DNA of 64,000 nt from Felis catus (lineage: Eukaryota), in assembly GCF_018350175.1 (NCBI RefSeq), contig NC_058368.1, forward strand, positions 117,740,001 to 117,804,000, read 5' to 3'. The position numbers and the translations under genes were made by a program. The notes below the pieces were generated by a model, which did not search any database, was not told the origin of the DNA, and saw nothing but the letters and a program-made list of their open reading frames with translations. Below are positions 13,946 through 27,177 of the stretch, one piece after another (position 1 is the stretch's first letter; each line of letters opens with the position of its first letter).

Positions 13946-14870
13946 CTGAGGAGAGAGGAGGAGGGGTCATGCTCAGGTTGTTACCTCTCCTGCAAGTCTC
14001 AGGAAGTGAGAAGGAAACTTGAGCCCCCGGGGGCCCTGAGCTGCTCAGGGATACAGACCTCTAAAGTGTCACTGACAACAGGGCTGGTGGAAAAGATATG
14101 TAGGGGAGGGCAGAGCGAGGCAGAATTTCAGACAGAGAGGCAGGACCATCTTCTTTTTCTCATGTTTATTTCAACTCAACCCAGCTCTTTTCCTCAGAGG
14201 TCTCTGGTATTCAGCCCATGGCAAGCTCTGGTAGAGCTGCCGAGTCACAGACGGTGACACCACGGTCCTGTAAGAGGGAGGAGGCCTGGCTTCTGGTTCT
14301 TGACTTCATTAGTAACCTTCTTTTGTCAGCCTCGGGTTTATCAGTTAACTTTGTTGGGCCTCAGTTTTTGCATCTGTAAAATAGGATGATCTTCCTTCTG
14401 GTGGAATTGAATATGAGCCAAAAAGATTAAATGCTGTTCGTCTTGTAACCCAGAAAGCAACAGTCTCATAAAGTGGTGGTTTTTCAGGCTGTGCTCCTGG
14501 TGCCACTGTGAATGAGGAGGGGGAGGTTGGGACTCTAGACATCCGACTTTCCTGTTCAATGAGGACTGCTCTCCTCTTCAAACTATTGGAATTTGAGTAA
14601 GATTTCATTTGAACAAAGGGTTCTGCTGCTAAAACAGTTTAAAAACCACTATGACACAGCATTCCTCCCTAAGCAAATCAGATGTCTGACCTTAACCCAG
14701 GGACGGCAAATAAATCACCCACCACATCTGAAGTCTGTGCCTGCAGCAGACATCAGTAATCAATCACAGGTCCTTTCCTGCTGACCCTTAATGAAGCCTC
14801 AGAATTACTTGCCACACAATACTTCTAGCTGCCAGTTCCATAGTGAACATGTGAGATGAAACCCATTTTC

Positions 14871-15075
14871 AGGGCGCCTGGGTGGCTCAGTCAGTTCCAC
14901 GTCTGACTCTTGGTTTCCGCTCAGGTCACGATGTCAACAGTTCATGAATTCGAGCCCAGCATCGGGCTCTGTGCTAGCATTGTGGAGCCTGCTTGGGCTT
15001 TTCTGTCTCCTTCTCTCTCTACTCCTCCCCTGCTTGCTCTCTATCTCTCTCTCAAAATAAATAAATAAACTGAAG

Positions 15076-15120
<45 letters not shown>
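14871..15120 (+). mobile_element. Can-SINE with (GAAA)n tail
   Basis: TSD gaaacccattttc 14858-70 / 15121-33. Confidence 0.93.
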
Positions 15121-15122
<2 letters not shown>

Positions 15123-15250
15123 AACCCATTTTCCACCCTTAACTTTTCATTGTAGGTTGACCCTGAGCATTCAGTTGAGTTGAAGACAACAACTGCTCTA
15201 AACTTGATTTGGATAAAAAAGTTTGAAAGCAAGGTTGAAGTGTTTGCTTT

Positions 15251-15606
15251 TGTGTCAGTCCCTTTGGGCTGCTGTAGCAAGATATACTAGGTGGCTTAAG
15301 TAACAGATATTTATTCCTCAGGGTTCTGGAAGTTGCAAGTACAAGATCAAGGTGCAGGCATGGTAGGGTTCCGGTGAGAGCCCTCTTCCTGGTTTATAGA
15401 TGACACCTTCTTGCTGTATCCTCACCAGGAAGAGAGAGAGAGAGAGATCGTCTCTCTCCTGTGACTCTTTTTGTAAGGGCACTAATCCTATCAGGAGGGC
15501 TCCACTTATATGACCTGATTTCTCAAAGACCCCACTTCCAGGACCACTGGGGAGTAGAGCTTCAACATATGAATTCTGGGGAGACCCAACCATTCAATCC
15601 ATAGCA
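15251..15606 (-). mobile_element. MaLR solo LTR (MLT1A-like)
   Basis: TG...CA ends, 356 bp, perfect 5-bp TSD GCTTT (15246-50 / 15607-11); typical motifs ttctgga...caagatcaaggtg and ttcaacatatgaatt. Confidence 0.9.
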
Positions 15607-15649
15607 GCTTTCAGAGATTTGTTTCACCATCACATATTTAAGAAAATGT

Positions 15650-16092
15650 TACTTTTTAAATGCTGTTTATTTTTGAGAGACAGAACAGGAGAGGGGGAGG
15701 GACAGAGAGAGAGGGAGACACAGTATCTGAAACAGGCTCCAGGCTCTGAGCTGTCAGCACAGAGCCCCACGCGGGGCTCGAACCCACGACCTGTGGGATC
15801 ATGACCTGAGCTGAAGTTGGACATTTAACCAACTGAGCTCCCCCCTCCCCAGCCCCACAGATGTTATTTTAAAAAGAAAAATTGTTTATTTATTTATTTT
15901 GGAAGAGAGAGAGAGAGAGGGAATGCACACAGGAACACGTGCCTGCAAGCAGGGGAGGGGCAGAGAGAGAGAGGGAGAGAGAGAATCCCAACGTGAAGAG
16001 CCCTACTCTGGATTCGGTCCCATGAACCATGAGATCATGACAGGAGGTGAAATCAAGAGTCAGACACAACCGACTGAGCCACCCAGGCGCCT
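15650..16092 (-). mobile_element. Two adjacent Can-SINEs (~15650-15840, ~15880-16092)
   Basis: Reverse SINE bodies with gatcatgac and ctgagc...ccaggcgcc; repeated atgtta(c)tttt flanks. Confidence 0.88.
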
Positions 16093-16328
16093 CAAGAAAA
16101 TAAGATGTTACTTTTGATCATTTACAGACAATCCTTTATCCTAGTGTGTCCCACCCTCCTCTCATTTTGCCTGTGCTTATCATACTCATCCTTTAAATCC
16201 TAATTCAGATGCCTCCTAGTTACCTTCTCCATGAAGATGAATTTTCTTCTCTGAAATTTCCCAGTGTTCTACTCGCTTTGCTCATGGCATTTAATGCCCT
16301 GTAGTGTTGGGTTGTGTTTTCTTTGTTT

Positions 16329-16356
16329 TTGTTGTTGTTGTTGTTGTTGTTGTTGT
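16329..16356. repeat. (GTT)n microsatellite
   Basis: Seen directly. Confidence 0.9.
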
Positions 16357-17291
16357 AAATGTCTTGTGTTTCCATTTAGACAGTGAGCTCCCTTGAAATC
16401 ATGATTGCCATCTCATTAGATATTTGTATTGTTTCGGGATAGCCCAGTAGTTAGTATTTGCCAAGAGAATGAATCAACATAAGGAAATCTGAGTACTAGC
16501 CCAAAAGGCTATTTCACTTTGTTAAAACTACCAGTTGAAGCACACTTAAGTTCTATTGGGAATTGAAAACATTTGCTAAAATGTACGTTCTAGGAAGACA
16601 GGTGACCTTTGGTTTGTTCATGTTTCATTCATGTCTAGAACAATGTCTGGCATACAGGTGGCCCTCAATTTATTTTCGTTGAATGAATAAAAGCATGAAC
16701 AAATTAGGGTTTGAGAAAATACAGTAGCCTGACAGTGACTTCTCATGTGTTTATCTCACAGGAGGTAAGGCATTAACTGATTGACAAGGTCTAGCCAGTT
16801 TGGAAACCAGCTGGACAAATGCCTGGTTATTTCTATGGAAACGTGCACATTTCACATACTTTTCCGAACAGGTAAGTATTGACAAGAGAGTGTTATGTAA
16901 TTGAGATGTGACCTTCACCTCCAACTGGGAACTTATTTATTCTTGCCTTGTGGAAATCTGGATAGATATAGTCCTTTAAAGGATGAAAATACTCTGCATA
17001 TTTTAAATTTTATAGTTGTTATCAAAATAGCTCCTGAAAATTCTGTGATTTTTCCTGTGTTTGGCAAATGTAGATTTCTGTCTTCCAGGGCCATTCTGCC
17101 AAGAGACCTGCTGTCAAATTTTCAATTTCTCTTTGCTTTGAGAAATTTTTTGATAATTTTCTTTACTTTGATAGTTTGCTTTATACTGCTGATTGTGCAA
17201 GAACTCGTTGATTGAGAAATCCACATTTGGAGTGATATGGTGTCACTCCCAATCTCCAGGCAAAATATTGACATCAGAAAGGTGGCTTTTT

Positions 17292-17496
17292 ATTTATTAT
17301 TATTTTTTTAATGTTTATTTTATTTTTGAGGGAAGGAATGTGCACGCATGGGGAAGGGAGGGGGGCGGACAGAGGATCCAAAGCAGGCTCCTTGCTGACA
17401 GCAGACAGGCTGATGGGGGGCTCAAATTCATAAACCATGAGATCTTGACCTGGGCCGAAGTTACATGCCTAACTGACTGAGCCATGCAGGTGCCCC
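17292..17496 (-). mobile_element. Can-SINE
   Basis: TSD agaaaggt(g/a)gcttttt. Confidence 0.9.
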
Positions 17497-18239
17497 AGAA
17501 AGGTAGCTTTTTAAAACCTCATCTTTGTAATCCACTGTTTGGCACGTAGTAGGTGCTTGGCTAAACATTGAATCTGTGCATTTAGTCCTTCGATAAATAT
17601 TTATCCAATGCCTGCCCTCCACTTGAGGTTACCAAAATTAATTCAGGTTTTAAGAACATTACTAGTGTTGTCTTTCAGAGTCAATTTGTCTAATTAACAT
17701 GGGCATGCTGTTATTTTCTTGACTGGCCTAGGACTGCCAAAGGGTTCAATTAAAGCAGTAAAACTGAAGAGAACTTGATCTTCCTTTAACATTTTTTTAT
17801 CATCAACAGGGGCTCAGTTCTATATTAAAAAGGCTTGGGTAGGGATTTTATTGGGCCCTTTGCCTACTCTAACTAGTATATAACCATTAACTGGTTAATC
17901 CAAATAGGCCCTCAGGGAGGCCTGGCAGAGCCATTATCTTTATATTACTGAAAGCCAGGTGGCTTGTTCAAGGCTGCTGTTCGAGGTCAGAGCTTGTGGC
18001 AGAGTAGAGTCCAATCCTTCTTTGCCAGGATTGGTCACTTGCTTCCTCCTCAGGCATTTGCACATCTGTCTTTATTTTTCCCATGAAAGAGGAGCTCCAT
18101 TGTGCCACCTTTTAGCCTTGCCCACCGGTGACCTCATTCCACTATCCTCTCTTTTGGTGAAAAGTCTGGCCCCTGGAAGTGAGACTTGGATGGCCTTCTA
18201 TTTCAGAAATCACCCTTAATTGTTCTGCAGGCCTTAGTA

Positions 18240-18480
18240 ACTAAAGCTTTGGCGTCAAGCAACTTGAGTTCAAATCTTGGTTTCATTGCTTAGCAACCCT
18301 GTGACTTCAGGCAAGTCACTTAATATTTCTGAAACCTCAGTTTCCTCCTCTAGAAGTTGGGGCCGTTGATGATAGTACTAACCCATGGCACTGCTGCAAA
18401 ATTAAATGGCATAATGTCTGTAAGGGCTTAGCACCCCTGCCTGGCACGTAAGAAATGCTTCATGTATAGTAGCTATCAGT
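18240..18480 (+). mobile_element. MIR
   Basis: gagttcaaatcttgg...gtgacttcaggcaagtcacttaat...cctcagtttcctcctct; other MIR cores near 2640-2790, 4660-4780, 8120-8220, 14340-14400, 29790-29930, 39200-39385. Confidence 0.8.
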
Positions 18481-19218
18481 TTACGAGGCAGCCATCACAA
18501 ACTGCCTCTGGGCAGAAAAGTTAGAGACTTCTAAACTCATCACATCTTGTCTTTTCATCCAAACCCTTCTGAAAAATCAATAGACAGAATAGAAACTAGC
18601 CTCTCCAAGTGAGGTGGAGCAGATCTAACCTGTATATACATCTGTGTTGGCTAGAACTTGGGGGAATAATACATGTAATGAAAAAGAAATATGTCCTTGC
18701 ACTGCTTACTTACCTGGATGCAGCGAACTGAAAACAGATACACTTTGGAGAGGTGCATTTATTACCTTTGGGAGGCTGAGCTGAAGTGCAACCAAGCAAC
18801 TAGGATTTTGACATTTATCTGTTTTCCCGGTGCTTTATGGACTCTGTATAAAACCAGTCTAATGACCTTCCTACCAAGGCTGAACAATTTGCTGATGGAG
18901 CTGTAGGTTTCTGTGGGCCTTTTGTGTGTGTGTGGCTTTAATTTCATTTCTGGAATAAAGGAAGTGCAAAGACATTAACTCTGGATCCATCAAAGAAAGA
19001 ACTCTGTAATTGCATTTTGGCAGCAAATGTGCTTGAGCTATGTGCACTTTGAAAGCCAGCGATGATTAATCCTGCATATTTAGCTGAGTCCAAGAGCAGA
19101 CACACTGTAATGATAACTGCATCAACCAAGAGAATGTTGTTTGATCATTACAGACTTGGGTCTGCTGTGATGTACGTGAGTAGCTGCATCAACCTGATCT
19201 CAGCCAAGAAATCTAGAT

Positions 19219-19536
19219 CTGCGTGTCCACCATGATAGCCTCTAGCCACATGTGGCTATTGAGCGCTTGAAATATGGCTGGGCCGAGTTGAGATGTGCTG
19301 TAAATGTAAAACACACGCTGGAGTTCAAAGATTGAGTATGTGAAAGAGAATGTAAAATATTTATATATTGCATATGTTAAAGTAATCATATTTTGGATAT
19401 GTTGAGTTAAATAAAATATATTAAAATCAATCTCATCTGTTTCTTTGTATTTGTGTAATGCATCTACTAGAAAATGTCAAATGATGTATGCGGCTCACAT
19501 TTGTGTGTGGTGTTATATTTCTGTTGGACAGTCCTG
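19219..19536 (-). mobile_element. MER33 (hAT-Charlie DNA transposon)
   Basis: tagccacatgtggctattgagcgcttgaaat...gagatgtgctgtaaatgtaaaacacac...tatttctgttggacag; ~320 bp; atctagat target on the left. Confidence 0.88.
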
Positions 19537-20769
19537 CTCTGCAGTCAGAGTCTGCATCTCAGGGTTGAGTGGTCCCTTTGTTGCCATCATGCTGGTTTTT
19601 TTGACCTGAGGATGTACACCTGACTCAAGTCTGTCAATCAGACTGCTTCCCTGGGAAGCTGGACTGGGAACTGGTGGTTGGAGGCGTGGCAGGTAACGTG
19701 GGTGGCCATGGTTTTCTGCTCCATGGGTCAGAAAGGTACATGGAGTTGATCTGCAAAGAGAAAAACAAGAATAAAGCACCTGTGTAGGTTTACAAAGCGA
19801 TAAAATAGGGGGAGTCCTGCTTGTGTCTGAGACTTTGGTTGCAACATATATATTTGACCCAGCTGGGTTCTCATCCTTGGGTCCAGTGAGCTATCCTGGA
19901 TCCTTATCTTAAAGGCCAGCTTTTTCACTCCATCTGCTTCAAATCGGTCTCTGAGTACCAAAAGAGACTGAATAATTTGTATGTTAAGTCTACTTTTCTC
20001 TATCACCTCAGGTCCAGCCTGAAATAGATTTTCTCTGAAGTTCATGTAGCTTAAGCTCCAGAGCCACTCACTTTGCTTGCAAAGCTCCCTTCCAAAGCCC
20101 CATTTCATATTTGTACTTTAATGTTCTTTTCCTTAAAGAGGGTCTCCCAAGCTGTGTAAGTTTCAGGCAGTGTAAAATGTGGATTTACTCTCTGTATGGA
20201 ATACCCTATGTATTCCTCTCTCTGCTTGCAAATGCAAACCTTTGGTGATTTCAGGAAGACTATTCCCTCATCATAACAAACTCACCTATCTTAGAGCCTT
20301 GGACAGGCCTCCCTTTGGCTGCAGTGTCCTTCTCCAGACCTTTGCATAGTTGCATAGTTGGCCCCTTCTTATGGATCAGGTCCTACCTTCATTATCACCT
20401 CCTCCAAGAGCCTTTCCCTGTGTACCCCCCAGAAGGGGCTCTGTGTCTCTATCACTGCGACATCTTTTATTTTCATGACAATTCCTTATGTATTCATTTA
20501 TTTGTTTATTGTTCATTTCATTATTTATTTATCAAATACTTATAAAGCCCTTCTTGTCTGCTGAGCATGATTCTAAGAACTTTCCAAATGACAGAATAAA
20601 GTTCCCAACTCTCTATTACAGTGTGACGTATTTTTCAATTCCTAATTCCCTCTTACGAGGAAGGAAAACTGGAACTCATCAGCAAATATGTATTTAACTT
20701 ATGCCTTTGCTCTAGGCACTAAGCTAAGTGCTCAAGAAACATCTTATTTGAATCCTCACAGTAAGCATA

Positions 20770-21185
20770 TAATTAGTATATTCACTTGGGATTGCATTTG
20801 GCTGCATGTAACAGAATCCTGACAACAGTGGGTTAACACAGTAAAGATTTATTTTTCTCATGAAACAGGGGGTTGGGGGATGTGGTCTAGGAGTTGTATA
20901 GCCTCTCCCTGAAGTCATCAAAGACCTGACTTCTTTTGCTCTCTTGTTCTGTCATTCTTAGTGGGTGGCTCTTACAGTTGTAAAAATGGCTACTGACCCT
21001 TTAAGTGTCATTGTCTTGCTTTAGGCGGGAACAGGGGGAAGAGTTAAGGGCAAAGAATATATGAAAGTTGAACACATCCTTTCTGATCAGGAATACCGTG
21101 CACATTGCTGCCTTGCATAAAATTAAAGATCTATTGGTAAAGAGAGAGGGAAGAATAGATATTGTGTAAGGAGTTAGCTCTGTTG
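20770..21185 (-). mobile_element. Old MaLR LTR (MLT1-type)
   Basis: Motif ttggctgcatgtaacagaa...agtgggttaacacagtaaagatttatttttctca; degenerate. Confidence 0.6.
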
Positions 21186-24015
21186 GCTATGACCACGTTC
21201 CATTGTTATATCCAGGGCCCTCAAGAATGACAAAGTCTGCAAGTACTTCAGGAATTCCTTGTTTTCAGGGCAGCTGGAAACACTGAAAGGTCTGAAGGTT
21301 GTGTAGGATTTGGGTGATTGGATGAGAGAAAAGCATTTTATTTCACAGATGGAGGAATCGCAACTATAAGTGGTGAAGGGTTTTGACAAGGGGAAAAAAA
21401 GATACAAAACTGCAATTTAAACCAGAACTGTCTGATTCCAAAGACCATGTTCTTAAAGATTGAGCTTTGTGGGTCTTAAAGATAGTTAAATGATGATTTT
21501 CTGGGATTGAAGGACCCATATTTTCATGATAAATTTTCGCAGTAATAACATCTACCATTGATTGAGCACTTACTGTGTGATTTTCTTTATTTGCATTATC
21601 TCATTTTGAAAATGGCTTTATGTGTTTTGTAAAAGTATTTCCTGATCATTGTAAAAAATTTTTTTAAATCCCCCAAACAAGCAAACCAAGCAGTATGGGA
21701 AAAAAAAAAAAAAAAAAACCTCCAGAAATCCCACCCCAAGAGGAAAACAGGGTTAACATTTTGGGGAACATCTTTTCAGACATCTCTCTTTTCAGATTAA
21801 CGTATTAGATGTGTGTTTAAGTATACAAGTGGGGGCATGACATATGTTTCCTGTGGACGTATATTGTCCAGTTAATCATTCCAATAACCCCATGGGGTAG
21901 GCATCATTAACTCCATTTTATAGGCTTAGAATGGTTAGGTGACATGCCTAGGACACCAAGTTGGCAAGTGGCCAAAAGAGGCTAGTTTCGATTTTACCCG
22001 AAATGATCACCCCAATTCCCTGGTAGAATTAAAGTTGGACAATGCGAAGGTCTCTTTCTCTGGAGAATTAAAAAAAATGCACACCCACCCACACACACAC
22101 ATATAAATAAAAGATGGTTCTACTATCAAGGCAGCTTGGTGATAGGAAAACAGGGCTAGCTCTGTGGACTCAGCAGCTCTAGAGAATACACCCGTTCTGA
22201 ATAAAATAAGGCATTTCAGTGTGGCAAGGCTTCTGAGACATTGTAAATCTGAACTCTGGGTAAAGCATTGCTGCATCGATGTCACCCAGGGCAATACCAC
22301 CTGGCCCGGTCACATGACTGAGTCTTCTGGAACTGACGGTGTTTACATCATTACAAGTGATCTTCATTCTGATGCATTGCAAATGACTTTTTATACCACA
22401 TGTCCACCCCCAGCTTTGCTGATGCTTTGCTCTGTGGTTGTATTTGCCAGATGTTGTGGACCAAGCTGAATGATCTTTGGAGCTGTAGGATTTTGAGTAA
22501 ACAAATGAAATAGGGGTCTCTACTCTCTTACTGGTGAATAGCGTGTTAACTGCCCAGGGGCCCAATGAAGTCTTTAAAAAGTGCTTTGCCATTGATAGCG
22601 CACCGATTAAGTAAATCATGGGACATCCCTATGTTGAAAAACCGTGTGCTGATAAAATGAGGTGGATCAGGAAAGAATGCCAAGGCGTATTATTTGGTAA
22701 GAAAGAAAAAAAGCAAGGTACAGAACATAATGTAGAGCATTTTTTAGCAAATTTAGAAGAATGTATATACACATAGATAGAGGGTCCTTCTGGAAGGACC
22801 CATAAAAAACTCTTAATAAATAATAGCTGTTACCATTCGAAAGGGTGGGAACAGATGTTCTCACTTGTTACTTTATAGGTTTCAATCATTAAAGTCTCAA
22901 ATTTTATGTATGACTACTAGTCCAGTGTTACAATTATTACCAGCAGAAGTGACCTAGGCAGTGAAAACATGGGTCACTAAATGTTTTCTTCTTTGTACTT
23001 CCCATGCCTGAACAACGTTAAAATTTATTTTTAAAAAGATGCCTTTGGAGAGATGCCCTTCCTCCTTAAAAGAACGAGGGGTCCTCTCAGACTTTTGGTG
23101 GTGGGAAAATTCATGAAATAGCTCTATGTGTACGGGGAACACGATCTGAACAAGAGTGTAAGTGAATCCGGAGGCTTCCAGAGGACGGATTTATTTTTTC
23201 TTTTTCCATTATTGTAATAAATCAAGCAGGACTGCCAAACAGTGCCAATTAAGTTCAATTGGTGGTGGCCACCTGGTGTGGGGTTGAGAAGAGCCTCGGA
23301 GGCCATTTCCGGGCTTAGCTCGGAGGCCGTTTCCGAGCCATGGCTGCCCTGGTGTGAGGGTGGGAAGTCTGGAGAACAAGCTTCCCGTGGGTGGGTATCA
23401 CCAAGGGACAGGTGCTCCCCAAGTTAGTTCCAGCCTCCCTGCAACCCCCAGCATGCCAGCACAAGACAACGTGCTACCCACAGTGTTCCAGCATCCCAGA
23501 GGGGGAAACAGGTTTAATGGAGACATGAAACACAAAACCTGATGGTGCATGAAATTAGCAACGAACAGTGGGAAACATAAGCCGCAGCTCTGTTTGTTCT
23601 GGAACAGAGGGACAATCACCGTCATTTCATCAGAATAGAAGATAAAACCGGAGGAAAGACCAACTCATCAGAAGCACCACCACCTCCTCCTTTCAGATGG
23701 TGGCTCTGCCCCGCTTCATCCTCAGTGAGTTTCTGCGGCTAAGGAGCGAGAGAGAACTAGAGCGCTGTGTGGGCTGAGACCGACGGCAGTTTCAGCTGTA
23801 GGGTCTTGAGGTCTTTGCGAAGCACCAGGGCAGCCCCCTCTGAAGAGGTAGGTGACGTCTGAACTGATTACCAAGTAATACAGAGGAGCCAGTCATAGGC
23901 ACATCCACAAGCAGCTGCTTTTAGTCGGGCCTGAGTGTCTGGGAGCCCCGTGGCAGGTTTCAGGCACTTACAGGTCAAACCTATCACCTCAGGTGTGGCC
24001 TGTCTGTCAAGGTTT

Positions 24016-24230
24016 TTTTTTTTTTTTTAATGTTTTATTTATTTTTGAGAGAGACAGAGAGACAGAGTACGAGCAGGGGAGGGGCAGAGAGAGAGAGGGA
24101 GACACAGAATCCGAGACAGGCTCTGAGCAGTCAGCACAGAGCCCAACTCGGGGCTCGAACCTACAGACCATGAGATCATGACCTGAGCTGAAGTCGGAGG
24201 CTCCACCCACTCAGCCACCCAGGCTCCCCC
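24016..24230 (-). mobile_element. Can-SINE
   Basis: Full reverse body; near-TSD tgtctgtcaaggttt / tgtatgccaaggttt. Confidence 0.93.
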
Positions 24231-24933
24231 TGTATGCCAAGGTTTAAGCAACGAGGAGCAAAGAGGTCTTTTCCTGAAAGGGACTTTTTGGACGTCCCTG
24301 CAGTTTGCTTTCCATGTGTCTGGTGGAGTATCTGGCTGTCAGGTCCACGAAGGTGCTTCCTGGGCCGAGTGGGTGTGGGCCACCAGAATTGACCAACTGG
24401 ACTTGGTGCTTAAAATTCCAGCTTTGAAAGGTCTGCTCATTCTGTTTCTCCCAGAGCTGCAATTGAACGGAGGGTTAGAGACTTTTTCCAAGGCAAGGTC
24501 TGTTCACTTCCACAGCCACCTTTGGGATTTGGCCAAGTCAGTGTGATTTAGTATTTAAACTCTTTACTGTTTGTGTTTGTTGTTCAGTAAGACTCCAAGG
24601 TATGGAGAAATTTCTCTTCTTTCAAAACTGGCAGATAAAGGACTGACCAAACAGGATCCGTTTGGTTTTCTAGTTGATGCCAACCCCACCCTTCCTCAAA
24701 ATGCTAAAAACAGTCTTCCAACTATGTCTGCTTTAGATAAATCCTGATCTGTCCCTTGTCCCTTAGAATTGGGTGAGGCTGGGATCTCCAGGGAGAGCAT
24801 AAACAACAGAGTGGGAGCAGGTGGGCGGGGCAAAAGCTAGAAATCTGCTTCAGGACACAACTTCCCTCATTCTTATAATTAACAAATACAGTATATTTAC
24901 GTTGGGCCTACCACAAACAAAGATTCGGTCCTT

Positions 24934-25165
24934 GGGGCACCTGGGTAACTCAGTGGGTTAAGCATCCGACTTCGGCTCAGGTCACGATCTCGTGGTTCCT
25001 GATTTCGAGCCTCGAGTTGGGCTCTGTGCTGACAGCTCAGAGCCTGGAATTGCTTCAGATTCTGTGTCTCCCTCTCTCTCTGCCCCTTCCCCGCTCATTC
25101 TCATTCTCTCTTTCTCTCTTTTTCTCTCAAAAATAAATAAGCATTAAAAAAAAAAAGAAAATAAA
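24934..25165 (+). mobile_element. Can-SINE
   Basis: Full body and A tail. Confidence 0.92.
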
Positions 25166-25487
25166 TTTAAAAGTGATATCAGTGATCTGTACATTCCACC
25201 TTTATCACTGGATTCTTTGCAGCACCCGCCAGTCATGTTCTTTACCAGATTGCAGTTTTCTTAATTAATTTCTTTATTTATTTTATTTAATGGTGGTTCA
25301 AACAGCATAGACTGACAGGATTAAGGCCTCCACAAATCAAGTTACACTTGGCTTTAAAGAAACAAGAGTATAAGGAAATAAACGTTTTAATCATCCTGAA
25401 AAGATAGCTCACAGGACTAGTCTTGCAAAGAAGTGTATGATTTTATGCAAAAGACAATGCTCTTTTTTAAAAAAAAGTGAGTAATTT

Positions 25488-25950
25488 GAGGCACCTGGGC
25501 AGTTCACTCGATTGCGCATCTGACTTCGGCTCAGGTGACTGAGCCTCCGACTTGGGTTCAGGTCATGATCTCATGGTTCATGGGTTCGAGTCCCACATCA
25601 GGCTCTGTGCTGACAGCTCAGAGCCTGGAGCCTGCTTTGGATTCTGTGTCTCCCTCTCTCTTTGCCCCCTTCCCTGCTCACACTCTGTCTCTGTCTCTCT
25701 CTCTCAAAAATAAGCATCAGGGGCGCCTGGGTGGCTCAGTCGGTTGAGCGTCCGACTTCGGCTCAGGTCATGATCTCACGGTCCGTGGGTTCGAGCCCCG
25801 CGTCGGGCTCTGTGCTGACTGCTCAGAGCCTGGAGCCTGTTTCAGATTCTGTGTCTCCCTCTCTCTCTACCCCTCCCCCACTTGCACTCTGTCTCTCTCT
25901 GTCTCAAAAATAAATAAACATTTAAAAAAAAATAATAAGCATCAAAAAAA
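25488..25950 (+). mobile_element. Can-SINE with a younger SINE (25720-25933) inserted in its tail
   Basis: Inner TSD aataagcatca (25709-19 / 25934-44); outer near-TSD aaaaaagt..gtaattt. Confidence 0.93.
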
Positions 25951-25959
25951 AAGTATGTA

Positions 25960-26396
25960 ATTTACACAAGAACTTGTGCACAAATGTTCACAGTGACGTT
26001 ATCTGTAAAAGCCAAAACGTGGAAATGACCAACATGTCCATCAACTGGTGAACGGATAAACAAAGTGTGGTATATCCATACCATCGATTATTCAAAAATA
26101 CAAAGAATGAAGTCTGGATACACGTGCAGTAATACAGATGAACTTTGAAAACATTCTGCTAAGGGAAAGAAGCCAACACAAAAGGTCATACATTGTATGA
26201 TTCTATTTCCATGAAATGACTGAATGAGGCAAATACATAGAGGCAGAAAGTTGATTAGTGGTTGACAGGGGCTGGCAGGAGGAGCAGTTGGGAGGAAATG
26301 GGGAATGAGTCCTAATGGATGCAGGGTACCTTTTTGTTCTAAGATTGATTGTGGCACACTGCAAATATACAGAAAACCACTGAATTGTACATTTTA
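25960..26396 (+). mobile_element. L1 3' UTR fragment (L1M-type)
   Basis: tgtccatcaactggtgaacggataaacaaagtgtggtatatccatac; aaaaccactgaattgtacatttta. Confidence 0.85.
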
Positions 26397-26526
26397 TTTT
26401 GTTATTTTTAAAAAAAATTTAAAAAATTTAAAAGCCCAACGTGGGGCTTGAACTCGCGACCTTGAGATTAAACGTCCTGTGTTCAACCAACTGAGCCAGT
26501 CAGCCACCCCTGAATTGTACATTTTA

Positions 26527-26734
26527 TTTTATTTTATTTTTAATATTTATTTTGGGGGGAGGAGAGCACAAGTGGGGGAGGGGCAGAGAGAGATGGGGAG
26601 AGAGGATCCCAAGCAGGCTCTTCGCTGACAAGCTGACAACAGTGAGCCCAATGTGGGGCTCGAACTCACAAACTGGGAGATCATGACCTGAGCTGAAGTT
26701 GGACACTCAACCAACTGAGCCACCCAGGTGCCCC
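26527..26734 (-). mobile_element. Can-SINE
   Basis: TSD tgaattgtacatttta. Confidence 0.92.
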
Positions 26735-26951
26735 TGAATTGTACATTTTAAATGGATGAATTGTATGTTAGTAAAGCTGAAAGTATATGTTAGTAAAGCT
26801 GCTATATTTTTTAAAAAGGAGTATATATTTAAGATTTTGAAAAATTAAGCCATTTCAGGACAGTTAGGTCAGCTTGCTGGCTGCAGTCTGAAGAATTCTA
26901 TTTGCTTAGATACCTAATTTCTATGTAAGCATTTTCTGAATTGAGTTTTCT

Positions 26952-27177
26952 TTTTTTTTTTTTAATTTTTTTTTCAACGTTTATTTATTTTTGGGACAGA
27001 GAGAGACAGAGCATGAACGGGGGAGGGGCAGAGAGAGAGGGAGACACAGAATCCGAAACAGGCTCCAGGCTCTGAGCCATCAGCCCAGAGCCCGACGCGG
27101 GGCTCGAACTCACGGACCGCGAGATCGTGACCTGGCTGAAGTCGGACGCTTAACCGACTGCGCCACCCAGGTGCCCC
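26952..27177 (-). mobile_element. Young felid SINE (SINEC_Fc type)
   Basis: CpGs intact; perfect 15-bp TSD tgaattgagttttct. Confidence 0.96.

Noticed and set aside
23260..23345. Possible CTCF site (caccaggtggcc on minus) and a short ctcggaggcc.tttccg repeat
   Set aside because: Imperfect match to the core motif and only two short units; not distinguishable from chance by eye
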